A stretch of DNA of 63,291 nt, counting the filler, from Octopus bimaculoides (lineage: Eukaryota): assembly GCF_001194135.2 (NCBI RefSeq). It is 5 parts of 5 records of this genome, joined end to end, with 100 filler letters (N's around TTAATTAATTAA, not from the genome) between each part and the next. Parts side by side here need not be neighbours in the genome. Positions count along the whole stretch, not along the records: positions 50,671 to 57,690 come from NC_068991.1; positions 57,791 to 62,035 come from NC_068996.1; positions 62,136 to 63,291 come from NC_068992.1; 2 more parts are not named here. The stretch is one strand, 5' to 3'. A program made the translations under genes and the position numbers. Each line of letters opens with the position of its first letter. The stretch's first letter is position 1. The notes beneath the pieces were generated by a model that saw only the letters and a list, made by a program, of their open reading frames with translations, made no database searches and was not told where the DNA came from. This document shows positions 51,206 to 63,291 of the stretch, in pieces.

Positions 51206-52172
51206 GTATATANNNNNNNNNNNNNNNNNNNNNNNNNNNNNNNNNNNNNNNNNNNNNNNNNNNNNNNNNNNNNNNNNNNNNNNNNNNNNNNNNNNNNNNN
51301 NNNNNNNNNNNNNNNNNNNNNNNNNNNNNNNNNNNNNNNNNNNNNNNNNNNNNNNNNNNNNNNNNNNNNNNNNNNNNNNNNNNNNNNNNNNNNNNNNNNN
51401 NNNNNNNNNNNNNNNNNNNNNNNNNNNNNNNNNNNNNNNNNNNNNNNNNNNNNNNNNNNNNNNNNNNNNNNNNNNNNNNNNNNNNNNNNNNNNNNNNNNN
51501 NNNNNNNNNNNNNNNNNNNNNNNNNNNNNNNNNNNNNNNNNNNNNNNNNNNNNNNNNNNNNNNNNNNNNNNNNNNNNNNNNNNNNNNNNNNNNNNNNNNN
51601 NNNNNNNNNNNNNNNNNNNNNNNNNNNNNNNNNNNNNNNNNNNNNNNNNNNNNNNNNNNNNNNNNNNNNNNNNNNNNNNNNNNNNNNNNNNNNNNNNNNN
51701 NNNNNNNNNNNNNNNNNNNNNNNNNNNNNNNNNNNNNNNNNNNNNNNNNNNNNNNNNNNNNNNNNNNNNNNNNNNNNNNNNNNNNNNNNNNNNNNNNNNN
51801 NNNNNNNNNNNNNNNNNNNNNNNNNNNNNNNNNNNNNNNNNNNNNNNNNNNNNNNNNNNNNNNNNNNNNNNNNNNNNNNNNNNNNNNNNNNNNNNNNNNN
51901 NNNNNNNNNNNNNNNNNNNNNNNNNNNNNNNNNNNNNNNNNNNNNNNNNNNNNNNNNNNNNNNNNNNNNNNNNNNNNNNNNNNNNNNNNNNNNNNNNNNN
52001 NNNNNNNNNNNNNNNNNNNNNNNNNNNNNNNNNNNNNNNNNNNNNNNNNNNNNNNNNNNNNNNNNNNNNNNNNNNNNNNNNNNNNNNNNNNNNNNNNNNN
52101 NNNNNNNNNNNNNNNNNNNNNNNNNNNNNNNNNNNNNNNNNNNNNNNNNNNNNNNNNNNNNNNNNNNNNNNN

Positions 52173-52264
<92 letters not shown>

Positions 52265-52274
52265 ATATACATAA

Positions 52275-54600
52275 GTAAGTGCGAGAATATGGTTGGTGAT
52301 TACACGTGGTTAAATAATCTAAGGAAAGAAATAAGATGAAAAGAATACAGAAGATTTGTTTTATGAGACTAAAGAATATATTAAAATCGTCATGGCAAAA
52401 GTATTATACAATATTATATAAAATAAGATCTTTTTCCTCTAATAAAATGACCGGCTTCGCTGAAGCTTTTCAAATTTGGAGTGTTAGATTCAATTTGAAA
52501 TGGGAAATTTTGTTTGTTAGTGGGGGATAATTGGTAATTTTCTGTAAAAGGGAGATAAATCTGTAATTATCAATATGAGTTTATATTCAGTTATATTTTT
52601 CGATAAATGAGGCCTCTTTATTTAGTTGCACTTGTGTTGAGGCCCAAATAGCACATTGATATAATGGGAAGGTTAGGAATTGTGGTTGTAGTTGTTCTTC
52701 ACATCTGTCAATGTGTTCACTGAGATGTATCAGGCGATATTGTGGGGGAAGAGATCTGTTGTCTATGAACTATACATCCACTTCTAAGGTTTAAGGGACA
52801 TTCCTGTGGAACCTATATAGTTTTTATGACAGCACGAGTATCTTATGACATAAATGAGATTTTCAAAGGCGCAAGTGAAATTGGATGTAATTTAAATTTT
52901 TGCCCTTGTTTAAAATGGAATTCTGATTTTTCCAAAAGATTGGGACATATTCCGCAGTTAGGTTGATCACATTTTTTTACTCTTGCGTCCGTTATCCTTG
53001 AGAATAATTTTGCATTTGTGAAGATATCCATTAATGTCTTTGGTTGTTTATTGCTTTTAATGATCTTACGTGTTCGCATAATTTCTTTCAGTTTGGGGTC
53101 CTTATGGAGCATTGGGAGATTCTGAACAATGATGTTAAATGCTTCATTGTTTCTAGGGTTGTAGGTGGATACATAAGGTAGTATTTTCAGAGTAGGCGTG
53201 TTATTGTGTTAAACATTTCTTAATGCTTTTATGTCAATTGATTTTGCACGTTTAATCCCATCATCTATGAGTTGAATTGGTTAGTATCTCTCAATGAGTA
53301 CATTTTTAAGCTCTTGCAGTCTCTGTTCTCTGGTATATTTTTCGGACACTATGGTGCAAATCCTTCTTGCAAGTTCGAAGGGCATATTTGTTTTATTATG
53401 TCTCGGGTGACATGATCTAAATAATAGGTATTGTTTAGCGTCTGTAGTTTTGTAAATATGTCCGTTCTATTTTTTGATTATTTTTTAACCAGTATATCTA
53501 GGAAGGGGAGTTCTTCTTGGTTGTGTTCCATTGTGAATTGTATGTTGGTGTTAATGCTATTAAGGAGTCTTTTGAAATCCAGAAGTTTATGTATGTTATC
53601 ATTCCAGAGGATGAAGAAGTCATTCAAAAATCTTTTCCAATTTTCTTTTATGTATTGGGATTGAGGGTTTCCAAATTTTGAAAATGACTCCTGATATATT
53701 GCTATTTCTAAATAGCCCTTTGTTAGGTTAGCAATAACGGAGCTACCCTGGTCCTCATGGCAATTGCGGATTTTTGGCGATAAACAGTGGTATCAAACAT
53801 GAAATGGCTATTTCGTAGGATGAATATTACTGAAGTCTTTGCTGATCTGTTCCGGTGTTTCTTCTGGATATTTGTCAAGCCAGAACAAAATTGCTTCTAT
53901 TCCATAATTATGGGATATGTTGGTGTGTAGGTTTGTCACATCAAATGAAGCCGTGAGTGTTTCTTCCTTGACCTTTTTCACTAGATGATTTAATATAACT
54001 TTTGATGTTCATGAAGTAACGAAGTCGATGTGTTTCACAGGATGGTCCAGTCATAATATGTTGTAGTTTTGCCTGAAGTTTCTGGTTTGTGGAGTGCTTC
54101 TATTGCTGGCGTTATTTTGTGTTGTTCTCGTGTTGGGGGTAGGCTAGTAGTTTTGGGTCATGGGTTGGTTATGCTTAGTATTAGAACGTGGCTGGTAGTT
54201 CCTATTTCTGGTGTATGTATGATTTTTAGGTTTGATGTAGTTATTTTCTATTGTATAACCACGCTTGCAGGTGGCTTGTTCGCTGTTTAGTTCTTGTTGG
54301 TTATTAATTGTTAGTGGTTGGTGATTCCTATCCATGGTGCATGGATGATAAGGGTTTATGGGATTCTTTTCTATTATGCAGTCATGATTGGGGATAGCTT
54401 GCTTGTTGTTCAATTTCTGGTGATTATTATTATTTTTTTCTTCAAGAATGAGTTATCTGAACTGAATTCCTCTTTGAAGTTCAATTCATACCTTTGGAAG
54501 AAACTATCGCTTTTCTCCCAGCGTTGGGGGGAATTTCTTTCTTCAGTTTCAAATACTTCCTTCCAAAAGTTAATAATATGATTCCTTTACAGAGATAAAG
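52275..54600 (-). mobile_element. Penelope-like element (RT + GIY-YIG endonuclease), near full length, decayed
   Basis: IMTGPSCETHRL, TASFDVTNLHTNISHNYGIEAILFWLDKYPE, YRQKSAIAMRTRVAP, ENWKRFLNDFFILW (decayed RT DD motif), NIQFTMEHNQEELPFLDI, KQYLLFRSCHPRH, KKCDQPNCGICPNL, NLIYVIR..CCHKNYIG. Multiple stops and frameshifts. Confidence 0.92.
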
Positions 54601-55687
54601 AAAAACGAACATTGGTTTTCTAACCATAAAGAACAATTTTAAAAGGAAAGCACATCAGACAATCTATTCTCAAAGAAAATAAACACGAACAAAACGGGTA
54701 TACGGATACATTGAAAATACCTCACCGAATGACAACCGGACCATGCATAGTTACAGACTGCTCTAAGGCAAGTCAAAGCCTAGAGCCAGTCACTCTGCCA
54801 GGAATACGGTAAAGTCATGGGACTGGAGCATGGCGGTATGTGAAGAGGAAACAGAAGTGCTCAAATGAGTCAACGTTGCTTCTTACATTGATGTTGAGTG
54901 GAGAAATCCCAGAAGATCAACGATCAGGATCACCAAACTCTATCAAAAGAGCAGCTGCAACGCATCCATAGGAGTGGTGTCCAAGATTCACTATAATTCA
55001 AGCTCCCAATTTAAATTCCTAATAGTGGAATCGGATGGCAACAGAGAGTCATGGGAATCCGCGAAAGCAGCAAAAGAAAAAACAAAAACAAAAACAAGAA
55101 CAAACGAAAAATTTGATTAATACGTTCCTATGTTACTAATTACCAAAGAAAATCCCAACGTCTACCAAATGTAGACCAATTCTAAAAATTTACAAAAAAC
55201 AATAAAAAAAAACAGGTGAATTAGAAACACTTTAAGACAATCATCAACTTGAGATTACATTGTTAAGGTACCCAATTAACCCAGGACAAAAGCCCAAACA
55301 TGCCCCACTGGAGCAATAATCAAGAACATATATATTGAGAGAGCTAAACAAAGAGCTACTCAAATTCAAATCATGCAGCCAGCTATAAAGAAAAACACTT
55401 CAGACAGAAGCGAAATCATACAAAAAGAAATAACTAAAAAGGATATAATGAAAGACACAACATCTAAATATGCAATAGCTACACAAACATCCCTTAACAA
55501 AACTCTAATAATATGAAAAATGTGAAGAATCCTGAACGTAATAACCGTTATTTTTAGACATAAACCAGAAATACAGGTAGCAAGGAGGGAGTTCATTCAC
55601 GAAAAACCCAAAACACCTGCCCATCAACTGCCCAGAACAGGTGTAACAACAACTCTTTCTCCCTGCCTCTAATTGTTTATGAATATA

Positions 55688-56068
55688 TATGGCAGTGTGG
55701 AGGCGCAATGGCCCAGTGGTTAGGGCAGCGGACTCGCGGTCATAGCATCGCGGTTTCGATTTCCAGTTCGGGCGTTGTGAATGTTTACTGAGCGAAAATG
55801 CCTAGTTCCACGAAGCCCCAGCAAGGAGTGGTGGTGAACTCTGCTGTATTCTTTCACTACAACTTTCTCTCATTCATTCTTCCTGTTTCTATTGTGCCTG
55901 TATTTCAAAGGGCCAGCCTTGTCACACTCTGTGTCACGCTGAATTTCCCCCGAGGGTACACATGTCTGTGGAGTGCTCAGCCACTTACACATGAATTTCT
56001 TGAGCAAGCTGTTCTGTTGCTCGGATCAACTGGAACCCTCGTCGTCGTAACCGACGGAGTGCTACAAT
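55688..56068 (+). mobile_element. SINE family C long variant
   Basis: ggaggcgcaatggcccagtggttagggcagcggactcgcgg...gtttcgatttcc head; tail cggatcaactggaaccctcgtcgtcgtaaccgacggagtgc. Confidence 0.88.
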
Positions 56069-56152
56069 ATGTCAGTATTTCCATGTCCATCTCATGACAT
56101 AATTCGCAGGCTGCTTCTTTTCATTTCCCTACTTCTACCCTTAAACACACAC

Positions 56153-56218
<66 letters not shown>

Positions 56219-56795
56219 NNNNNNNNNNNNNNNNNNNNNNNNNNNNNNNNNNNNNNNNNNNNNNNNNNNNNNNNNNNNNNNNNNNNNNNNNNNNNNNNNN
56301 NNNNNNNNNNNNNNNNNNNNNNNNNNNNNNNNNNNNNNNNNNNNNNNNNNNNNNNNNNNNNNNNNNNNNNNNNNNNNNNNNNNNNNNNNNNNNNNNNNNN
56401 NNNNNNNNNNNNNNNNNNNNNNNNNNNNNNNNNNNNNNNNNNNNNNNNNNNNNNNNNNNNNNNNNNNNNNNNNNNNNNNNNNNNNNNNNNNNNNNNNNNN
56501 NNNNNNNNNNNNNNNNNNNNNNNNNNNNNNNNNNNNNNNNNNNNNNNNNNNNNNNNNNNNNNNNNNNNNNNNNNNNNNNNNNNNNNNNNNNNNNNNNNNN
56601 NNNNNNNNNNNNNNNNNNNNNNNNNNNNNNNNNNNNNNNNNNNNNNNNNNNNNNNNNNNNNNNNNNNNNNNNNNNNNNNNNNNNNNNNNNNNNNNNNNNN
56701 NNNNNNNNNNNNNNNNNNNNNNNNNNNNNNNNNNNNNNNNNNNNNNNNNNNNNNNNNNNNNNNNNNNNNNNNNNNNNNNNNNNNNNNNNNNNNNN

Positions 56796-56868
<73 letters not shown>

Positions 56869-57039
56869 CGTTATACATACATACATACATACATACATAC
56901 AAACATACATACCCAACATAGCAAAGGGTGTATATACTGAAGACTTGTCTTCAAGGTCAGAAAATACGTCATTCTCAGCAACCACTAAACTTCTACAATG
57001 TTCAAACAAAACTCACAGTAGAATAATATTCACACATCA

Positions 57040-57356
57040 GGGCCAGCGCAACCACTATATACAGGCTTTGCTGATGTAATGGCCTCTGCACCTCGCAGCT
57101 GGTTTGCCTTGCTCTACCTTCAGTCAGCCATTCTCAACTTACTCCTCTCTTCTCTTCTATTCAATCTATCCAGGCGTCACACTAACCACTAAACTTAATC
57201 TTCTCTTATCAGATCCTCCGGCTTCTGTCATGCACTCCACGCATATATTTTTACAGCAGCTAAACTGCAAGACAACGCTATTAATCTCACAGATTTTAGA
57301 AGGCCTGCATGGACACACCGGCGCTGTTTCTCCTTCTGAAATGAACTAAAAAAAAG
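57040..57356 (+). mobile_element. Possible CR1/L2-like LINE 3' end (decayed)
   Basis: Peptide NGLCTSQLVCLALPSVSHSQLTPL resembles CR1-group C-termini; ends in an A-run (aactaaaaaaaag). From recall only. Confidence 0.3.
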
Positions 57357-57632
57357 TGTCTATGTCGCTGGTTTATTAAAAAAAAATTGATATATCTGTT
57401 TTTCGGTCATTATATCCATCCATCTCTTTATATGTCTGCTTGCCTATCTGTCTGTATATGTATTCGCGTATTTATGCACAATAATGCATTTATATTTCTT
57501 AATGCACACACGCGCGTGCTCGCACGCACACGCATTCCTTCATTTGCAAAATCTTTCTTCTCTCATCCTTCTCATTTCCGTCCAACTTCTGCTATTCACT
57601 CCGTCATCATTCCCGATACCGCTCTCTGTCTC

Positions 57633-57690
<58 letters not shown>

Positions 57691-57790
57691 NNNNNNNNNN
57701 NNNNNNNNNNNNNNNNNNNNNNNNNNNNNNNNNNTTAATTAATTAANNNNNNNNNNNNNNNNNNNNNNNNNNNNNNNNNNNNNNNNNNNN

Positions 57791-57826
<36 letters not shown>

Positions 57827-58093
57827 GTGATGACGTCATTGATAATGTTGAATCGCACATTAAATATATCAAAGAATACGCCTGCAGCTAAGTCATTCAA
57901 GTTACATTGCCTTGGCATGAGGTATTGGAATCAACACAGTTCAATGAATACCAATATTAATATTAGTTACATACATACCTACACATATATGCGTACATAA
58001 GCACATGCATATACATATATATATATATACATATTTATATTTATACGTGTATATAGGCACATGTATATATATACGTTTATACTCGTATAAATA

Positions 58094-58146
<53 letters not shown>

Positions 58147-58148
58147 TT

Positions 58149-58184
<36 letters not shown>

Positions 58185-58352
58185 GTATACATTTGTACAT
58201 ATATACATATATGTATATATATGAATATGCACACACATATATAGACATATATATATATACATACATACATATAGATATATATGTAGACATATATATATAG
58301 AGAGAGAATGAGCCATATATACATACATATATACATACATACAAACATACAT

Positions 58353-58413
<61 letters not shown>

Positions 58414-59613
58414 CATGTATATATGTATATATATATGTGTGTGTGTATAGATATAGTAAAAGAAATCGATATAGAAGAAAAAAAGTAGTGAATTAAGTAA
58501 AATAGTAATAATTTCAAATGTCACAAGTTAATTGCACTTCATATATGGTTAAAGAATAAATGCTATGGAATAAAATGGAATAAAATGTATTTATGAAATA
58601 TATAGATTTTTAAAAAGTATATGAATGGGTTTCGAGAAAACAAAAATAGGCAGATCAAAAAAAAAAAATAATAATAAATAAATAAATAAAAGTAACTGGA
58701 CGAAAAAAAATTAAAAAAAGAACCAATTATCTACCTTTCTATCTAACGATATTTATCGCCAGCCAACGGGAAAGCAGTAACGTTGTCGGTCGATTTGTTA
58801 GAAACAGTAGTCAAATTTCCCGAAACGTCCACTTCAACATCTTACATATATGCGCACACATATGCTCAAACACACACACACACGCACACACACACACACA
58901 CACACCTACGTGTGTACGTATGTACATATGTATATATATATATATANNNNNNNNNNNNNNNNNNNNNNNNNNNNNNNNNNNNNNNNNNNNNNNNNNNNNN
59001 NNNNNNNNNNNNNNNNNNNNNNNNNNNNNNNNNNNNNNNNNNNNNNNNNNNNNNNNNNNNNNNNNNNNNNNNNNNNNNNNNNNNNNNNNNNNNNNNNNNN
59101 NNNNNNNNNNNNNNNNNNNNNNNNNNNNNNNNNNNNNNNNNNNNNNNNNNNNNNNNNNNNNNNNNNNNNNNNNNNNNNNNNNNNNNNNNNNNNNNNNNNN
59201 NNNNNNNNNNNNNNNNNNNNNNNNNNNNNNNNNNNNNNNNNNNNNNNNNNNNNNNNNNNNNNNNNNNNNNNNNNNNNNNNNNNNNNNNNNNNNNNNNNNN
59301 NNNNNNNNNNNNNNNNNNNNNNNNNNNNNNNNNNNNNNNNNNNNNNNNNNNNNNNNNNNNNNNNNNNNNNNNNNNNNNNNNNNNNNNNNNNNNNNNNNNN
59401 NNNNNNNNNNNNNNNNNNNNNNNNNNNNNNNNNNNNNNNNNNNNNNNNNNNNNNNNNNNNNNNNNNNNNNNNNNNNNNNNNNNNNNNNNNNNNNNNNNNN
59501 NNNNNNNNNNNNNNNNNNNNNNNNNNNNNNNNNNNNNNNNNNNNNNNNNNNNNNNNNNNNNNNNNNNNNNTATTAATCAAATAAATATTCAATTTTTCAT
59601 CCTTATTATTTAA

Positions 59614-59655
<42 letters not shown>

Positions 59656-60079
59656 CTTTTTATTAACTAGATGACAAAAGAGACCGATTGAGTAAGTACT
59701 AGGCTTACAAAGAATAAGTCCTAGGATCGATTTCCTCGACTAAAGGCGGTGCTCCAGCATTGCCGCAGTCAAATGACTGAAACACGTAAGTAAAAAAGTA
59801 TAAGGAGCTATGTTGCGAATTATGTCTTTTTTTAGCTGTTATGAAAGTAATTTGTTTCTACAGTAGAGATGTGGCTCGGAACGCTATCCGTAAACATTCA
59901 AGCTGATCAGTCGACGTTCATGTATTACGCTCATGTTACGGTCGCGCTAGAAGGTCGCATTAATGCTTTCTTCGTTGGAATATAACAGTTAGAAAGGAGA
60001 GATTAAGTGATATTACAATTGTTTACATAAAAGTATTATAGATAACTATTGTCTATTATCCTGTCGAAGAACAATGTTA

Positions 60080-60570
60080 TCAGTGTTAGTTTCCTCGCGT
60101 TGAACATGCTAAAACATATCCTTCCTTTGGTAAGAATGTGTGAGGTAAGAATAACGAGGTTTTGAGAAAATAAGATAGATGACAGCTGCTACATGTATTT
60201 TCGTTTTCTTAACAACGTCCCCAAGTCTACATTCTACAATAATTAATTCATAGTGAATGGAGAATCGTGTATTACTGATGTTCTTTACAGCGTGTCCAGC
60301 AGTGGCTTGTGTTTTTCAATAAAGGAACATTCATTATTAATTCTTGTTTGGTCTGGTGTATTGCCTGCAGATTGATAGAATGGAAGACAAGAAATGTAAA
60401 AGATTTAGTTTCCGAGCATGTGTCCAGGTGTTAACTAAATGGAATTGGTCTAAATTTAGGATCAAGTATTTGTCGGCGATATATTTTTAGTTACATCCTT
60501 GAAGTAAGTTTAGTTTGGTCAATGTAGTCTTCATTTTTTATTTTGTCGCAAGATTCTTGAAGTAAAATCG
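60080..60570 (-). mobile_element. Penelope-like GIY-YIG endonuclease 3' fragment and tail
   Basis: EDYIDQTKLTSRM*LKIYRRQILDPKFRPIPFS*HLDTC...FYQSAGNTPDQTRINNECSFIEKHKPLLDTL* parallels the C-terminus of the 52-54 kb element. Confidence 0.75.
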
Positions 60571-61039
60571 TATGTTGAAACAAACCTTACCTCATGGGGT
60601 GAGTGAACGATCATTACGCCCATAATAATAAACACATTACTTGTTCAAAACCACTTCTTTATTACTTTAGTCAATTGGTTAAATAGCTTACCAACTAATC
60701 GATCGTTTTTTTTTTATTGTTGGTTAAACAATCAATGAGTCGTTTGTCAAGTTCTTTAGTCGCTATTCGCGACTTCCTCCATGACATACCTCCTCTCTTC
60801 AATGTTTGTCTTGAAACTGTCAGAGAATTAGTGTCATGCTTGTGTGTAAGATAACTCTATGAGCGTATGAAGATATCTGGTTGCTTATAAGAGAAGGCAA
60901 GGGTGAGAGTAACTGAAGAGTATATCTGCGTGTGTCTGTGTGTATGTGTGTGTACGTTTGCATGACTGCCTGTTTGTGTCTTTGTCTATTTGTGCATGTG
61001 TGTGCAGTCATCCATGACTTCTTTAAGGGTTGCTCCTAA

Positions 61040-61613
61040 CTTCATGACTTAAATAGGTTATGTGAACCAGGTCCGAACTGGGATGACCACCCACCATCAC
61101 ATCGGCAGCGAAAAAGAGCACCACAGAATGCTGGAGTGGCTGGACTATACTCAGCCAGGAATCAAAGAAAAACATTCAGGCGAGAAAGATGGTTGCACAT
61201 GCAATAGTCGCTTTCGTAAAAACCGCTTTGAAGAACCGTATAATCAAGTTCAATAAGAATCTGTATATGGAGGCTGAAGGAGCAGCCATCAGTGTCAGTG
61301 TAGCTGGAGATGTGACCAGCCTCTTCTCGACCTGGTGGGACAAACACCTGAGGCAATCCCAGGATGAACAATCTGTAACTGTAAATCTATATTGTTGATA
61401 TGTAGATGATATCAGTATTCTAGTTAGGGGCCGTACTGAAGAAGCCGAAAGGAATACGATGGAAAGCATCCCGAGCATAGCTAACCCTATCCGCCAAAGT
61501 ATCAAGGTAACGATAAGTTACCCCATTAAGCACCCTAACAATAGACTACCTATTCTTGATACTGAACTTTGGTCAGAGACTACAAACAACAAAATCCAAC
61601 TCCTCCACTCCTA
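61040..61613 (+). mobile_element. Penelope-like RT fragment of a different clade (Neptune-like)
   Basis: VKTALKNRIIKFNKNLYMEAEGAAISVSVAGDVTSLFSTWWDKHL...LYC*YVDDISI...ERNTMESIPSIANPIRQSIKVTISYPIKHPNNRLPILDTELW (YVDD motif). Clade name is inferred. Confidence 0.75.
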
Positions 61614-62035
61614 TTAGGTTGTCAAAAAAGTTCTTGCGGTTTTTAACCTTTAAATTCAGATGCACATATCTCGGCTCAAACAAAACTTTATTAATCGAAA
61701 TAAACACCATCAGAATCAACACACTTTTGCCAACACGAAACAAGTTTATTTATACCAGTAGCGTAAAAATCCTGCGTTCTGGTGGCGATGAAGTCGTTGA
61801 AGGTGTGTTTGGCATCGTCTTGGTTTTCTCACGCAGGGAGTTGTCGAGATGCTTGAAAAAGTGATAGTTGGTAGGCGGGAGGTCTGCTGAGTATGGCAGA
61901 TGAGGCAGAGTTTTGTAGCCCAATTCATTCAACTTCTGCAGGGTCACTTGTGCGACGTGCGGCCGAGCGTTGACGTGGAGAAGAATTGGTCCTTTTCTAT
62001 TGACCAATGCTGGCTGTTGTCGGAGTTTCTTATGC
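61614..62035 (-). mobile_element. mariner DD34D-type element, 3' part, truncated by a join
   Basis: TA+TTAGGTTGTCAAAAAAGTTCTTGCGGTTTT TIR. LVNRKGPILLHVNARPHVAQVTLQKL...PHLPYSADLPPTNYHFFKHLDNSL, shift, ...GINKLVSCWQKCVDSDGVYFD*. Both visible catalytic Asp positions are mutated (V, N). Confidence 0.9.
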
Positions 62036-62480
62036 NNNNNNNNNNNNNNNNNNNNNNNNNNNNNNNNNNNNNNNNNNNNTTAATTAATTAANNNNNNNNN
62101 NNNNNNNNNNNNNNNNNNNNNNNNNNNNNNNNNNNTTTCAGATATACTTTCATTGTGATTTCTGGAATGTGGTGCATAAATTGTCAAGTAAATGAGACGC
62201 ATCTTTGCCTCCACTGATTCACTTGCAAAGTGTTGAGTAAAATTATTTCGTTGCAGACCTCCTTTGGGTCTTTTTATTATCACTACGACACACATAGTCC
62301 CCAGTTGGTAACATTGATTTCAAGGCCCTCCTAGATGAGAGACTGGCATTCCACTTAATGTCTATGTTCCATGCTGGCATGGATTGGAGAGTTATTAATG
62401 TAGAAATATGGTATCGTAACTACTAACAGTTGAGGGTTGCGTAGTCTAGACGGCGTTTTTAGATTTCATTATTCTCTTTA

Positions 62481-62510
62481 ACCCGGGCAAAGCCGGGTAT
62501 TTCTGCTAGT
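62481..62510 (+). mobile_element. Helitron-like 3' terminus (hairpin + CTAG)
   Basis: acccgg-gcaaag-ccgggt hairpin, then 7 nt, then CTAG followed by T, matching the known Helitron end structure. No Rep/helicase sequence seen. Confidence 0.45.
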
Positions 62511-62965
62511 AACTTATAAATCTGTAAAAATAAAAAAGATGGGAATAGAACAAGCGACACGGCAGCAAATAGAAAAGTGCCTCAGATCAATCCTAGGCAC
62601 TTAAACGGGGTATACGCACGGTAATAATGAGATTCTTGACAGGAGACGGAAACAAGAAGAGCTCCAAAAGAAGACTTGAATAGTGACGAACTGGTTCTTG
62701 TACCAGTCTGTCTTGACTATTCGGTTAGGAAGAGTAATAACTGTCAATATGTCCCCAGAAGTAAACGTCTGCTGGTTCGCAGCGACAGTCCTTTTAAATA
62801 TAACATTCTGCAAGTCCAGAGGCTGCATAAAAAAAATTGGTCGCTCCAAGGGATTGAGTTATTGATCCCAACGGATCATGAAGTATGGAATGCGTACCGG
62901 ATCTGATTAATCTGTCAGGTGACACAAAACTATGCTTGGCAGTTGAAGGTAAAAGGCTTAGTTGT

Positions 62966-62999
<34 letters not shown>

Positions 63000-63003
<4 letters not shown>

Positions 63004-63291
63004 GGTTTCTTTATTAGCCACACAGGGCTCAACACAGAGGGGACAAAATACAAATGTAGAGTTTTTCTTTTCGAGGGGGTCGAAAACAAAGCAGAAAAAA
63101 AAAACAAAAGTGGGGACAACGATGAAAAAAAAACATCGCAAAACGTTTGGGGTATTTACAAAAAATACGAAATAATACAAAAAAATTCCCAATAAATGGG
63201 GAGGTTATCCGTGAAAAGAAAAACCTACGAAAAGACCACGGTAACCTCGGTCTTTAGCGTCACAGGTTGTTAAATAAAATTTCTTTTATTT
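63000..63291 (-). mobile_element. Possible L1/Tx1-type LINE 3'UTR
   Basis: Minus strand is T-rich and ends ...ttttgtcccctctgtgttgagccctgtgtggctaataaagaaa, with a polyA-signal-like AATAAA followed by microsatellite. No ORF in the window. Confidence 0.3.

Noticed and set aside
57830-57839. TGACGTCA (CRE) site
   Set aside because: It is a single 8-mer with no supporting promoter context.

Overview
AT-rich animal genomic DNA from a draft assembly. Roughly 7 kb is N, spread over more than 20 gaps, most of them flanked by (TA)n/(CA)n microsatellites. Four 100-bp joins carry a synthetic TTAATTAATTAA linker. The repeat landscape (three tRNA-headed SINE families, (GAT)n-tailed RTE ends, Penelope-like elements) suggests a cephalopod such as Octopus; this is inference, not a database result. 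I found no host protein-coding gene, tRNA, rRNA or CRISPR array that I can confidently identify, and nearly all long ORFs in the six-frame track are microsatellite or gap artefacts. Well-supported content is transposable elements: Tc1 DD34E, maT-type DD37D, DD41D and mariner DD34D transposons; an internally deleted Chapaev3-like element; RTE, R4/Dong-like, L1-Tx1-like and CR1-like LINE fragments; Penelope-like elements; many SINEs; and several hairpin/MITE structures. The most interesting signals are (i) a minimal hammerhead-ribozyme-like motif at 47.7 kb plus several decayed relatives, (ii) strong CpG decay of repeats left of 27.5 kb versus CpG retention to the right, with the switch coinciding with an assembly join, (iii) a Tc1 transposase apparently disabled mainly by three CGA-to-TGA-type stops, and (iv) closely apposed inverted SINE pairs. 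I see no well-supported novel multi-gene system.
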